Source: an uncultured Pseudomonadales bacterium (lineage in GTDB: Bacteria > Patescibacteriota > Microgenomatia > UBA1400 > UBA1396). Taken from it: a stretch of DNA of 64,000 nt. The stretch covers positions 23,216-87,215 of the forward strand of contig CAZEEI010000001.1 in the NCBI GenBank assembly GCA_964511175.1, given 5' to 3'. The position numbers were made by a program, and so were the translations under genes. A model generated the notes under the pieces. That model did no database searches. It was not told the DNA's origin and was given only the letters and a program-made list of their open reading frames with translations. Numbering within the stretch: position 1 is the first letter of the stretch; every line of letters starts with the position of its first letter. Below are positions 9,424 to 18,587 of this stretch, in pieces.

Positions 9424-10821
9424 CTATGTTACTGAATGATGATAAAAAAATATAGATATCAATATTAGGATATATGAACCAGTCAATAAGCTTACGGCGA
9501 AGTGATCCAGAGAAAAAATGGGTACAAAACTCATTAATAAAATAAGATAAAAAGAGTACAAATAGTTAACAGAAAATGAAAAAGATAAGAGTAAAATAAT
9601 TGTCCCAATTCCTAAATCAATAACAAGAGATAAGAGAGAGGAGTGGATTGGTTGCAGGAATCTACCCTGGAAAAGAGCAATATTAGCATTTGCCGCTAGC
9701 CGTACATTTTGATTCAATCCTTCCCCCCAAATAATCCAGTGAGGCCAGGCTTGGCAAGACGATTTTAATAAGTCAGCTCGCCGGATAAACGAGGGGGCGG
9801 GTAGGTAATTTTGTCCCAAGATCACTACTGCCTGCCAGACAAGAGTACCTAAAATAATGAAGGCAACCGGTAGTATTAGACGTATTTTGGGTTGATTTTT
9901 AAGCCAAGTATTTAAGTTCCGCCTCTGATGATAAAGAATAAAAAGGAGCGGCAAAGAAGCCAAGGCAGTTATTGATTCGGTAATTACGATGGTTGAAAAA
10001 AAGATAATTATTAGCAATAAAATACCTATAGATAAATGTTTTTTTTTGAAAAGCTGGGTCCAAGCGTAGACCACACCCACCACCATCCAGGCGGCTAAGA
10101 TATTAGGGTGAGGAGTGCTGCCATAGGGTAAGCTCCGCACCATTGGCCAGAAATCACTGGTGGCAAGAAAGGAGCTGGCTCGGAACACTGGCTCACCAAA
10201 AAGCCAATAAGGCCCTAGCGATTTTTGGAAAAAGAATTGATACCAAGCCAAAAATGCCTGTAGCAGGACACTACCAATTACCGCCGATGACAAATGTTTT
10301 TGTACCCAGGTTCGATTTTGCGACCAAAATAACAGTAATAGGCCAGGACCGGTTAGCCAGCCTAGTAAAAACAGCAGGGAAGCCAGCGGTCGATCAGTGG
10401 TAAAACTGCGGCCAATTATCATTAAAATCAGCCCAAAGGTTAAGACAATTCTGCTCCGCAAACCAAAAAACGTCAAAATAAGCCGCACAGTGGTTTTACC
10501 TCTGGCAACTAACCGCTTTGCTGACACCTTTTGAGTTATTTGATAATAGTTCAACAACCACAGCAACCAAATCAGTAGAGAACTGACGTATAGTTTGGGC
10601 GCCCAATAATCGATGAACACACCATTTAAATAAGACCAAGCCGGACGACTAACCGCAAAAAGATTGATTGGCAAAAACAAAACTGCTAGATAAAATACCA
10701 CTAGCTTAATGTTTTCGATATTAATATATCTTTTGATGTTAATAATTATACTCATAACACTATAAGTAATGTTTGATAGAGTATATATCATCATTGTTTC
10801 TCGATTAATCTCACGATACAA
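9424..10821 (-). CDS. Polytopic membrane protein, O-antigen ligase/Wzy-like or glycosyltransferase-like (uncertain)
   Basis: 465 aa with at least 10 hydrophobic helices. The C-terminal third is encoded in very AT-rich DNA. Confidence 0.4.
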   Translation of the reverse strand: MYREINRETMMIYTLSNITYSVMSIIINIKRYINIENIKLVVFYLAVLFLPINLFAVSRPAWSYLNGVFIDYWAPKLYVSSLLIWLLWLLNYYQITQKVSAKRLVARGKTTVRLILTFFGLRSRIVLTFGLILMIIGRSFTTDRPLASLLFLLGWLTGPGLLLLFWSQNRTWVQKHLSSAVIGSVLLQAFLAWYQFFFQKSLGPYWLFGEPVFRASSFLATSDFWPMVRSLPYGSTPHPNILAAWMVVGVVYAWTQLFKKKHLSIGILLLIIIFFSTIVITESITALASLPLLFILYHQRRNLNTWLKNQPKIRLILPVAFIILGTLVWQAVVILGQNYLPAPSFIRRADLLKSSCQAWPHWIIWGEGLNQNVRLAANANIALFQGRFLQPIHSSLLSLVIDLGIGTIILLLSFSFSVNYLYSFYLILLMSFVPIFSLDHFAVSLLTGSYILILISIFFYHHSVT

Positions 10822-10830
10822 TCAACCACG

Positions 10831-12105
10831 ATGCATTACCAGGTTACTACTCTCAATACAGGCGCTACTTTAATTCAGGTACCGATGGCTGGAGTTAACA
10901 GTGTCACGGTTTTGGCACTAGTTAACGCCGGTCGTCGTTACGAACCAGACTCTCTGGTAGGCATTTCCCACTTCTTAGAACACCTGGTTTTTAAGGGAAC
11001 AGCTAATTACCCGGATGCCCAGGTTTTGTCCGCGGCGATCGATGAACTAGGGGGAGTTTTTAACGCTTTTACTTCCAAAGAGTACACCGGCTATTACGTA
11101 AAATTGGCCGCTCGCTTCATGGATCGGGCACTGGATGTAGTTACCGACATGCTGTGCGCGCCCAAGCTCCGCCAAACTGATATCGATCGGGAAGTGGGAG
11201 TCATTGTTGAGGAAATTAATATGTATGAAGACATGCCGATGCGCAACATCAGTGATGTTTATGATGAACTAATGTTTGCCGGTTCTAACCTGGCTGGGCG
11301 TATTTTGGGTACTAAGGATAGTGTTCGGACGATTAAATCAGCCGACTTTCGCCAGTACATGCAGGATTGGTATGGTTTCCGCAATGTGGTAATCGTGGTG
11401 GCCGGCAGTGCCACCCAAGTTGAAGCCAAAGGCTTGGTGGCACAAATCGAAAAAATGCTAGCCAAAGGCGGCACAACGCGTCAGTCGCACCAACAATCTG
11501 AATATTGGGGGGCTAAATATGGTGCTAAGCGAACGCGGATAATCTACAAAGAAACCGAACAAGCCCACTTTATCATGGGCTATCCAGGCTTAGCCCGCAC
11601 TGATCAGCGTCGTTATCCATTAACCGTTCTGACTACTCTCATGGGCAAAACCATGAGCTCGCGCCTTTTTACGGAAATACGCGAAAAACGCGGTCTTTGC
11701 TACTACGTACGCAGCGAGGCGGATTTTTTCCACGACGTTGGTACTTTTGGTGCCGCCGCCGGAGTTGACCCGCAACGCTTGCAAGAGGCTGTCTCGGCGG
11801 TTTTGGCCGAGTTTCAGAAGATGATCAGCACTCAGCCAGTTACTAAAGCGGAGGTAGAAGCCGCCAAACAAAACCTGATTGGCAGTTTGGCTTTAGATCT
11901 GGAAGATTCACAAAGTATGGCCTCTTGGTACGGCATGAAGCAGTTGTTAGAAGAAAAAGTAGAGACTGAGGCGGAAGTAGTAGCCCAAATTGAAGCCGTT
12001 ACCACGGCAGAAGTTCAAACAGTTGCCCAAGCACTGATTCATCCGGAGGAACTACGTTTTGCTTTAATTGGACCTTTCCATGAGGGAGAAGTTAAAATCG
12101 AGTAA
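10831..12105 (+). CDS. M16-family (pitrilysin/insulinase-like) zinc peptidase
   Basis: Inverted zinc motif HFLEHLVFKGT (HxxEH) near the N-terminus; 424 aa. Confidence 0.8.
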   Translation: MHYQVTTLNTGATLIQVPMAGVNSVTVLALVNAGRRYEPDSLVGISHFLEHLVFKGTANYPDAQVLSAAIDELGGVFNAFTSKEYTGYYVKLAARFMDRALDVVTDMLCAPKLRQTDIDREVGVIVEEINMYEDMPMRNISDVYDELMFAGSNLAGRILGTKDSVRTIKSADFRQYMQDWYGFRNVVIVVAGSATQVEAKGLVAQIEKMLAKGGTTRQSHQQSEYWGAKYGAKRTRIIYKETEQAHFIMGYPGLARTDQRRYPLTVLTTLMGKTMSSRLFTEIREKRGLCYYVRSEADFFHDVGTFGAAAGVDPQRLQEAVSAVLAEFQKMISTQPVTKAEVEAAKQNLIGSLALDLEDSQSMASWYGMKQLLEEKVETEAEVVAQIEAVTTAEVQTVAQALIHPEELRFALIGPFHEGEVKIE

Positions 12106-12124
12106 GAACAACGAAAGGAAAAAG

Positions 12125-12592
12125 ATGCAAAAATCAGCAGTTTTAGTTAAACCAGATGGTTTGCAACGCGGCTTAATCGGGGAGATCATTTCCCGGTTTG
12201 AGCGCAAGGGTTTAAAGCTGGCCGGAATTAAGATGATCCAGTTAACCGATGAGATTCTGGATGAGTGGTATTCTCACCACAAAGATAAGCCATTTTTCCC
12301 TAAGTTAAAGGGATTTATGATGCAAACACCGATTGTCGCCATGGTTTGGGAGGGGGTCGATGCCATTGATACCATCCGTCAACTGGTTGGTATTACCAAA
12401 AGCCGGGCTGCTGAAGCCGGTTCGGTACGGGGCGACTTAGCCATGTCGATGTCCAATAATCTAATCCATGCTTCTGACAGCACGCAGGCTGCCCAACGCG
12501 AAATAGGGCTGTTGTTTGGCGAGGAAGATATTTTTACCTACGTGAGTGCGACCGACGTACTGGTTTATAGCGATGAAGAACGCGACCTTTAG
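12125..12592 (+). CDS. ndk: Nucleoside diphosphate kinase
   Basis: AVLVKPDGLQRGLIGEIISRFERKGLKL...NLIHASDS with the catalytic His region. Start at ATG 12125 after an AAAGGAAAAAG RBS. Confidence 0.85.
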   Translation: MQKSAVLVKPDGLQRGLIGEIISRFERKGLKLAGIKMIQLTDEILDEWYSHHKDKPFFPKLKGFMMQTPIVAMVWEGVDAIDTIRQLVGITKSRAAEAGSVRGDLAMSMSNNLIHASDSTQAAQREIGLLFGEEDIFTYVSATDVLVYSDEERDL

Positions 12593-13553
12593 GGTGTAAC
12601 CCTCCAGGCGTGGAGTGCAAATGGGAACCTCCTCTCCCTCTTAATTCGGCCCACCAGACGCCTAGGGCAACCAAGGCTAAGGCCACCATTACACCAGGCG
12701 TGACCGGTTCGTGGAGAAAAAACACGGCCAGAGGCACGTAGAAGATTGGTTCCAGGTAAGTAAATAAGCCGGCCTCAGAAGCCTCCATGTTATTTTGGCC
12801 AATAATATAGGCGGTTAAGCCGATAATCGAACCAAATGTTGCCATATAAAGACTGGACCAGCCCACAATCGGCTGCTGCAACTGCTGCCAGCCAATCGAC
12901 ACCAACTCGTTAAAGTTTAAGCCGAGTTTAAACATCGAAAGACCGGCAAAACATACCATGCCAACGTAAAAACTAATCGTGGTGACAAAAAATTTAGGCA
13001 GTTTTTGATAGTATTTTTTGGCCAGCAGCAAGGCGGCGGCCATAATGAAATTGTAAGCAACGACCAAAGCGTTACCGCTAAAAGAAACCCGGTCCACCAA
13101 CATCTGTCCGTCGAGTAGGGGTTCAATGGCCAGAAAGAGCGTACCACTCAAAGCTAGACCCAAACCAATCCATTCGCGTTTTTCCTCTTTTTCGTGTAAG
13201 AAAATAATGCCACCGAGCGTCAAAAAAAAGGGCAGAGTGGTGACGATCAAACTGGCTTCTAGTGAAGAAGTGCGGTCTAGTCCTTCATATAAAACACTTA
13301 GAGCCAGTACAGTGCCCAGTAGTTCAATGCCGACAATACGGGGAATGTAGCGGATTAACCGCCGCTGTCGCCAAAGGTACCAAACTAAAATCGGCGTAGA
13401 AAGGATTGCCGCCAAAACATAGCGGTAAAGCAAGAATTGAAAGGGGGTAGTAACGGAGAGCGCCGGTTTCACAATGGGCAGAGCCACACCCCAAACGGCA
13501 ACATTAATCAGCAGAAAAATTACGCCGATAGTACGTGGTCGTAAGGCAGGCAT
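12534..13553 (-). CDS. EamA/DMT-family transporter (about 10 TM)
   Basis: Two repeated 5-TM halves typical of the drug/metabolite transporter superfamily. Start at MPALRPRT (13553). The 3' end overlaps the ndk 3' end by 59 nt. Confidence 0.6.
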   Translation of the reverse strand: MPALRPRTIGVIFLLINVAVWGVALPIVKPALSVTTPFQFLLYRYVLAAILSTPILVWYLWRQRRLIRYIPRIVGIELLGTVLALSVLYEGLDRTSSLEASLIVTTLPFFLTLGGIIFLHEKEEKREWIGLGLALSGTLFLAIEPLLDGQMLVDRVSFSGNALVVAYNFIMAAALLLAKKYYQKLPKFFVTTISFYVGMVCFAGLSMFKLGLNFNELVSIGWQQLQQPIVGWSSLYMATFGSIIGLTAYIIGQNNMEASEAGLFTYLEPIFYVPLAVFFLHEPVTPGVMVALALVALGVWWAELRGRGGSHLHSTPGGLHPKGRVLHRYKPVRRSHSRR

Positions 13554-13600
13554 GCAGTCATTGTAGCCTATGCTATAGTGATGAGAAGTAGGGAGATACG

Positions 13601-13957
13601 ATGCCACCACGACTATACGAGGGTCCAAAAAAAGAGCCGATTCCGGAAAATAGCTGCTGGATGTGTTTAGGGCAGGTTAAAGTTTCGACTGATCTAAACA
13701 CTAATACTGCCTTGTTATTCAATAGCCTGGAAGCGGGGAAGAAATACTTAAATTACGGAGTTTTGGCGCACGAAAGTGTAGTTCCAGTGCCACAGTATGC
13801 GCGTATTTACCTGGCAACAACCAATGAAATAAGGGTATCAGCTTTTTCTGCCACCGCCGATCGCTGTCTAATCGAGATTACGACCGGAAATTACGCTGGT
13901 AAATTTGCCATTATTTCTGCCGATAACTTTGACAGTCAATTAACACCAGTAAAATAA
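13601..13957 (+). CDS. Hypothetical protein
   Basis: 118-aa ORF with no recognisable motif. Confidence 0.3.
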   Translation: MPPRLYEGPKKEPIPENSCWMCLGQVKVSTDLNTNTALLFNSLEAGKKYLNYGVLAHESVVPVPQYARIYLATTNEIRVSAFSATADRCLIEITTGNYAGKFAIISADNFDSQLTPVK

Positions 13958-13976
13958 TCCATAGGGCTAGCGAAGT

Positions 13977-14687
13977 TTAATCCCGCAGCTTTTCGTAGGG
14001 CCGGATTTGGTAATCATTTGGCCAGAAATAATAGAGCGTAGCATGTTCTTCGTCATTGATTTCGAAAGCCACTATAGTGCCATCGTCAAAGGTGATTAGT
14101 CCGTGATCATTATCGCCGCCTCTTCTGATTTCAATAATTCCGAGCGCATGGCCACCGATTATTAAGCAGGTTTTCGGCTTTAAGTCCTCTATTGCCATAA
14201 TGCTAGTGACAAATTTGTAACCCTCCGGTGCCGATCCTCGGCGGAACCACCCCACTTGTTGGTCAATCTGATTACCAAGACGAGATTGCCGAAGAGCCAT
14301 CCTCTTTCCCGGGGAATTAGCGTCAGCTAACCGCGCCTGCCAAATACGCAATTCATTGCCATAGGAGTACATCGGGTGAGAACCGGGGGGAACGAGTGCG
14401 ATCGACATCGCATCATGGCGTAACGCCTCTAATTTTAAAAGAACCATAAGCTCAAACATTTCTGAATCTTTCAAAATGGGTAAAATGATTTCTGGTAACA
14501 AAAACCTCGCGAAATAATCAACCCGCAAATTGTTCGAATCAACTGATTGTTCTCCTGCCCGCCGCAAGATACGGTCAATGAATTCAATTAGACCAGGGGT
14601 TTCTGCCTTTGGGTCAAATTCGACCAAAAGGCCACCTTGTTGCTTTTCTTTTACTGCGGGTTTATGAGTAGGCATAAAAACCTCCAA
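13977..14687 (-). CDS. Hypothetical protein
   Basis: 236-aa ORF with no recognisable motif. Lies next to the 3' side of tRNA-Pro. Confidence 0.4.
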   Translation of the reverse strand: MEVFMPTHKPAVKEKQQGGLLVEFDPKAETPGLIEFIDRILRRAGEQSVDSNNLRVDYFARFLLPEIILPILKDSEMFELMVLLKLEALRHDAMSIALVPPGSHPMYSYGNELRIWQARLADANSPGKRMALRQSRLGNQIDQQVGWFRRGSAPEGYKFVTSIMAIEDLKPKTCLIIGGHALGIIEIRRGGDNDHGLITFDDGTIVAFEINDEEHATLYYFWPNDYQIRPYEKLRD

Positions 14688-14711
14688 TTAACTTTGTGAC
14701 CATCATACACT

Positions 14712-14787
14712 TGGTCGGGATGACTGGACTCGAACCAGCGACCTCAGCGTCCCGAACGCTGCGCGCTACCATCTGCGCTACATCCCG
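14712..14787 (-). tRNA. tRNA-Pro (anticodon CGG), CCA encoded
   Basis: Reverse complement gives CGGGATG-TA-GCGC-AGATGGTA-GCGC-G-CAGCG-TTCGGGA-CGCTG-AGGTC-GCTGG-TTCGAGT-CCAGT-CATCCCG-A-CCA. This folds as a cloverleaf with U33, anticodon CGG and G37. Confidence 0.85.
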
Positions 14788-14829
14788 TATTCAGCCTCGA
14801 CATTATAACGCAGTTCTCCCTAAAATAAG

Positions 14830-15507
14830 ATGAGGAGGAGTGTGACATCAACTAAAACTAATTTTTTTATTGGTGAAGTAATCGGCATAGGGTGGCAGGC
14901 GTGGCGACGACAGCCCTTACAATTAAGCGGTATTGTGGCGGCGGCGCTGTTGATACCGTACTTACCGGCAACAATCGGTATGGCTTTGGGTGACGAAGCT
15001 GGCTGGTTAACGGTTTTTCTTTTGTTGGGGATGTGGGGATTGGCTTTCCTGATTAATTTAGGTCTCTTACGCGTGTCGCTGAAAGTGACTGATGGTCAGC
15101 CAGTACAGTGGTTGGATTTATTTGCCGAATGGCGTCTACTGCCGCGTTTAGGGTTGGCTACCGGATTATATTTATTAGTGGTGTTAGGTGGCTGTCTAAT
15201 GTTTATTATTCCCGGGATAGTTTGGGCGATTGGACTGCAGTATTATCCCTGGCTGATACTCGAGGGATATGGTCCGGTGGCCGCCCTACAAGAGAGTGCT
15301 CGCCTAACGGTGGGTCACAAGTGGGACTTACTAGCTTGGCACTGGGTGAGTCAACTAATTATTATTTTGGGCATTTTTAGTTTGGGTTTAGGCCTATTAG
15401 TGGCAATGCCAGTGGTTTTAGTGGCTAATACTGCATTGTATCGGTGTCTGCAGGCCATAAGAAAGGAAGTTTATGTCAGGAAAAAGAATGAGAAGAAATG
15501 TTCTTGA
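14830..15507 (+). CDS. Integral membrane protein (hypothetical)
   Basis: Four to five hydrophobic helices and a basic C-terminus. Confidence 0.45.
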   Translation: MRRSVTSTKTNFFIGEVIGIGWQAWRRQPLQLSGIVAAALLIPYLPATIGMALGDEAGWLTVFLLLGMWGLAFLINLGLLRVSLKVTDGQPVQWLDLFAEWRLLPRLGLATGLYLLVVLGGCLMFIIPGIVWAIGLQYYPWLILEGYGPVAALQESARLTVGHKWDLLAWHWVSQLIIILGIFSLGLGLLVAMPVVLVANTALYRCLQAIRKEVYVRKKNEKKCS

Positions 15508-15790
15508 GCGATACAGGTTTGATTCTAATCACCCTAAGACCCCGGCCGAAATTGCGGCCAGCTTAGCAAACTTATTGTCAGATTTTACGGAAAAGAGTTT
15601 TCGGCCAGGCGGACAAGTTATCGACCAGTGGCTGCAACCTTGGTTGGACAGTTTTCTTAATAGTAATGCCAACACACAGCTCGTCTTATTAAGAGAAGCT
15701 TTACAAGGGTGGGGTTTCACCATTAGTTGGGTTTTAGACAGTACCTCTCGCAAACTACTAAGTTTAACCTTTAAACAGCTATTGCGTTAA
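15473..15790 (+). CDS. Small hypothetical protein, paralog 1 of a tandem pair
   Basis: Shares the PKTPAEIAASLANLLSDF / PNTPAEIAASLVELLSGF motif and an identical RBS+start context (aggaagtNtATG) with the next gene. Confidence 0.4.
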   Translation: MSGKRMRRNVLERYRFDSNHPKTPAEIAASLANLLSDFTEKSFRPGGQVIDQWLQPWLDSFLNSNANTQLVLLREALQGWGFTISWVLDSTSRKLLSLTFKQLLR

Positions 15791-15856
15791 GTTAAGAGGC
15801 AAATAACTAGACAAATCCTGACTCAACTGAGACAATCCGGTTCAGGAAGGAAGTCT

Positions 15857-16201
15857 ATGCCAGGAAGAATTGGTTTCGAAAAGTTTGAATTTGATCCCGA
15901 CCGACCGAATACTCCGGCCGAAATCGCGGCCAGTTTGGTGGAATTATTATCCGGTTTTAGCGGCAGGACTTTCCCGCCAGATAGCCCGGTTATCAATCAG
16001 TTACAACGCTGGTTGGATAGTTTTAGTGATGGCGCTACTGGTTTTGCACAACTTCAGCAAGTGAGAGCTGCTTTAGGAGAACAAGGTGTTTTGGTTCATT
16101 GGAACTTATATGGTACACCGGATAAATTACGCCTATATAGTATGGAGATTAACCAATTACCGCGTCTGAGGGAAGCTAATGGGACGGCGTTGTGCCGCTA
16201 A
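15857..16201 (+). CDS. Small hypothetical protein, paralog 2 of a tandem pair
   Basis: See paralog 1. 114 aa. Confidence 0.45.
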   Translation: MPGRIGFEKFEFDPDRPNTPAEIAASLVELLSGFSGRTFPPDSPVINQLQRWLDSFSDGATGFAQLQQVRAALGEQGVLVHWNLYGTPDKLRLYSMEINQLPRLREANGTALCR

Positions 16202-16211
16202 TTTGGCGTAT

Positions 16212-16943
16212 ATGTCTCAGAATAAGAGTATAAAAAAACTGTTATTGATTTTGCTGGTAGCGGCAGGTTTGGGGACGATAGTTTGGTGGAAACAAAACAG
16301 TAAAATACCCCCACAACATTCCGTCACCGGAACAGAAACTCCTCAGCAAGAAGACATGGCGGCTATCAGATCCTTCATGGGTAATCCAAATCTGGAATTG
16401 ACGTTTATTAACACTGATTTGCCGCTGCCATATTTTAGAGTTGGTAAAGTTACCAAGATAGATAGTGGCGAAAATATGGAGGTTGTCGAGGCTTGGATTC
16501 GTAAGGTCAACATCTATGACCAAAAGGAATTAATTGACGGAGAATGTTCCGTCTACGAATTTAATACTGATGCCAGAAGTCACAATTTGACAGCCGTAAT
16601 CATCCGCGGTTTACGGCAAAGTGAAATTGAAGACTGGAAAAATTCGGGTACATTTTGCAACTTAAATTCGGGCAGCACTCAAAAGTTAACTAAAACTGAA
16701 GCGGAAACTATTGCTATGGTTTATCTTAAGCGTGCCTTACCTAACTTTGAACAGATTAAAGACCAGTTTGTTTATTCGATACAAAATAATGGTGAGTCAC
16801 ACGAATGGCTGTGGGAAGACAGGAATTACCAATTGTCGGAAGAATTAGATAGCCGACCATACCCCAATCCAGTCATTCGCATATCCGTTCATAGTAGTAG
16901 CGAGATCCAGTACTGGAATACTATATCGCTCTTTGAGAATTGA
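16212..16943 (+). CDS. Membrane-anchored hypothetical protein (N-terminal TM, extracytoplasmic domain)
   Basis: MSQNKSIKKLLLILLVAAGLGTIVWW is a signal anchor. Start chosen at ATG 16212 inside track ORF 16179..16943. Confidence 0.45.
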   Translation: MSQNKSIKKLLLILLVAAGLGTIVWWKQNSKIPPQHSVTGTETPQQEDMAAIRSFMGNPNLELTFINTDLPLPYFRVGKVTKIDSGENMEVVEAWIRKVNIYDQKELIDGECSVYEFNTDARSHNLTAVIIRGLRQSEIEDWKNSGTFCNLNSGSTQKLTKTEAETIAMVYLKRALPNFEQIKDQFVYSIQNNGESHEWLWEDRNYQLSEELDSRPYPNPVIRISVHSSSEIQYWNTISLFEN

Positions 16944-16949
16944 ACACTG

Positions 16950-17117
16950 ATGATTAACGTTATAAGCGATATGAAAAAGAAAATCTTTATTGCGGTATTA
17001 GCATTGCTTTTTGTTCTTGGATTAGCCTGGTTTTTTGCGATCGAAGACTGTGTGGTGAACAGGAGAGACTTCGGAATTCCTACCGATTGGGCGACAATTA
17101 AAGACTGTAGCTACTAA
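16950..17117 (+). CDS. Possible small secreted or membrane peptide (55 aa)
   Basis: MINVISDMKKKIFIAVLALLFVLGLAWFFAIEDC... has a hydrophobic N-terminus. It is below the track size cutoff and speculative. Confidence 0.2.
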   Translation: MINVISDMKKKIFIAVLALLFVLGLAWFFAIEDCVVNRRDFGIPTDWATIKDCSY

Positions 17118-17126
17118 GCGATTTTG

Positions 17127-17198
17127 TGCTCCTGCCGGGAATCGAACCTGGATCTGGCGCTTAGGAGGCACCCGTTCTATCCATTGAACTACAGGAGC
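17127..17198 (-). tRNA. tRNA-Arg (anticodon CCT)
   Basis: Reverse complement gives GCTCCTG-TA-GTTC-AATGGATA-GAAC-G-GGTGC-CTCCTAA-GCGCC-AGAT-CCAGG-TTCGATT-CCCGG-CAGGAGC-A. One A-C mismatch in the T-stem. CCA is not encoded. Confidence 0.7.
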
Positions 17199-17217
17199 GA
17201 TAAAGTAGTAGTTTGTA

Positions 17218-18576
17218 TCACTTTAGATCGATAGTATACAGGTTTTCCGGCGTTATTGCCTCTTGGTTAAAATTAGTCAACATCAGCAGACTCGAACCAT
17301 TGGGCCAGGGATAAACAAAATCATGGTTGAACGGACCAGAATAAACCCGCACGGGATTGCCGCCATCGTACTCCATGATGGTAATCGCATTTTGGTCATG
17401 GGTAATAATGTGGCTCGAGTCGGGAAACCACTGGTAACCATGGGTATAAAGCGGGCTGTGATAGCGCTGGAAATTAATAACCGAATTAAGCGGTTTAGCG
17501 GTTTGGAGACGCAGGAAGGCAGCAGGCGAGGCTTGCAATGAAAGCGGTTGCTTGCTGTCCAAATCAGTAGCCAAAAGCTGTTTAGTGGCGCCAGGAATAA
17601 ACGCGCCAAGATCGGTGCCGATCCGAAACTGACGGTCTTCGTCACGGTCATAAACATAAATGCCGCCCGCTGCCGTAGTTCTTTCCTGGGGCTGAGTGTT
17701 GGAGGCTGGTTTGGCGGGCAGAAGATTGTCCGGTACGGTAAAAATGCTGGTAGCGGTGTACATTAGGTGTTTCTCGTCCGGTGAAAAGTAGGTATTAACC
17801 GCGCTGGTGGTAGCTACTTGTTGCATAAAGTAGGGGAATTTGCTCAGGCGTTCCCGGTCGCGCAAATACATTTCTTCCTCCCACTGCGAGAAAATACTGC
17901 TTAACTGGTAGGAGACATCGGCCTGCTCATCTAGGTCGGTAAGGCGGCTAGGATCCAGTAAAACGCTTTTGTGCGGCGAGATCAGGAGCAGCTGGCCACT
18001 ATTGGGTGACCAGACTATTTGGGTGTCATCTAAAGGGAAGCTGGCCGAAGGTCGTGCAACTTGGCGTGGGCTACGTTGTAGGGCCAGAAGATTATCGGTT
18101 AATTCGAGTACATAAAAACCATTACGGATATCGGCGGAAGCGGAGGCGGTATAGTAGGCCAAATGCTGGCCGTCCGGAGAAGGGACAGGTTTGGCCGCGC
18201 CGGAAAAAGTGAGGGGAGTAAAGCTGGGAGCCGTGGGGAAGAGTAGAGCATTAGCCTGGGTGACCAGCTCTTTTTCAATGACGACGTCTTTTTTCCAGGG
18301 GAGATAGCCATCTTTACTGATTTCAATAGCGTACTGGCCGGGATCTAGGTAAAGGGTATCGTCGGTGGCAGAAGTGAAGCGGCCATTAACCAGCACTCGA
18401 GCGCCGGTAGGTGAAGAATTGGCGACCAGCAGGCCACGACCAGCCACAAGCACATTGCGGGAGGGTCGGTAGCCCTGGGCAAAACGGATCACAATGGCCG
18501 TACCGGTGATAATAATAGCCATTGCGCAAACAGTCCACCAAATGCGCGCGCGAGTATTGGTCATAACCGTATACAA
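17218..18576 (-). CDS. PEGA-domain protein with N-terminal TM anchor and a beta-propeller-like C-terminal region
   Basis: VLVNGRFTSATDDTLYLDPGQYAIEISKDGYLPWKKDVVI is a classic PEGA motif. The real start may be the MTNTRARIWW codon at 18564. Confidence 0.55.
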   Translation of the reverse strand: MYTVMTNTRARIWWTVCAMAIIITGTAIVIRFAQGYRPSRNVLVAGRGLLVANSSPTGARVLVNGRFTSATDDTLYLDPGQYAIEISKDGYLPWKKDVVIEKELVTQANALLFPTAPSFTPLTFSGAAKPVPSPDGQHLAYYTASASADIRNGFYVLELTDNLLALQRSPRQVARPSASFPLDDTQIVWSPNSGQLLLISPHKSVLLDPSRLTDLDEQADVSYQLSSIFSQWEEEMYLRDRERLSKFPYFMQQVATTSAVNTYFSPDEKHLMYTATSIFTVPDNLLPAKPASNTQPQERTTAAGGIYVYDRDEDRQFRIGTDLGAFIPGATKQLLATDLDSKQPLSLQASPAAFLRLQTAKPLNSVINFQRYHSPLYTHGYQWFPDSSHIITHDQNAITIMEYDGGNPVRVYSGPFNHDFVYPWPNGSSLLMLTNFNQEAITPENLYTIDLK

Positions 18577-18587
18577 TTATAGTCGAA

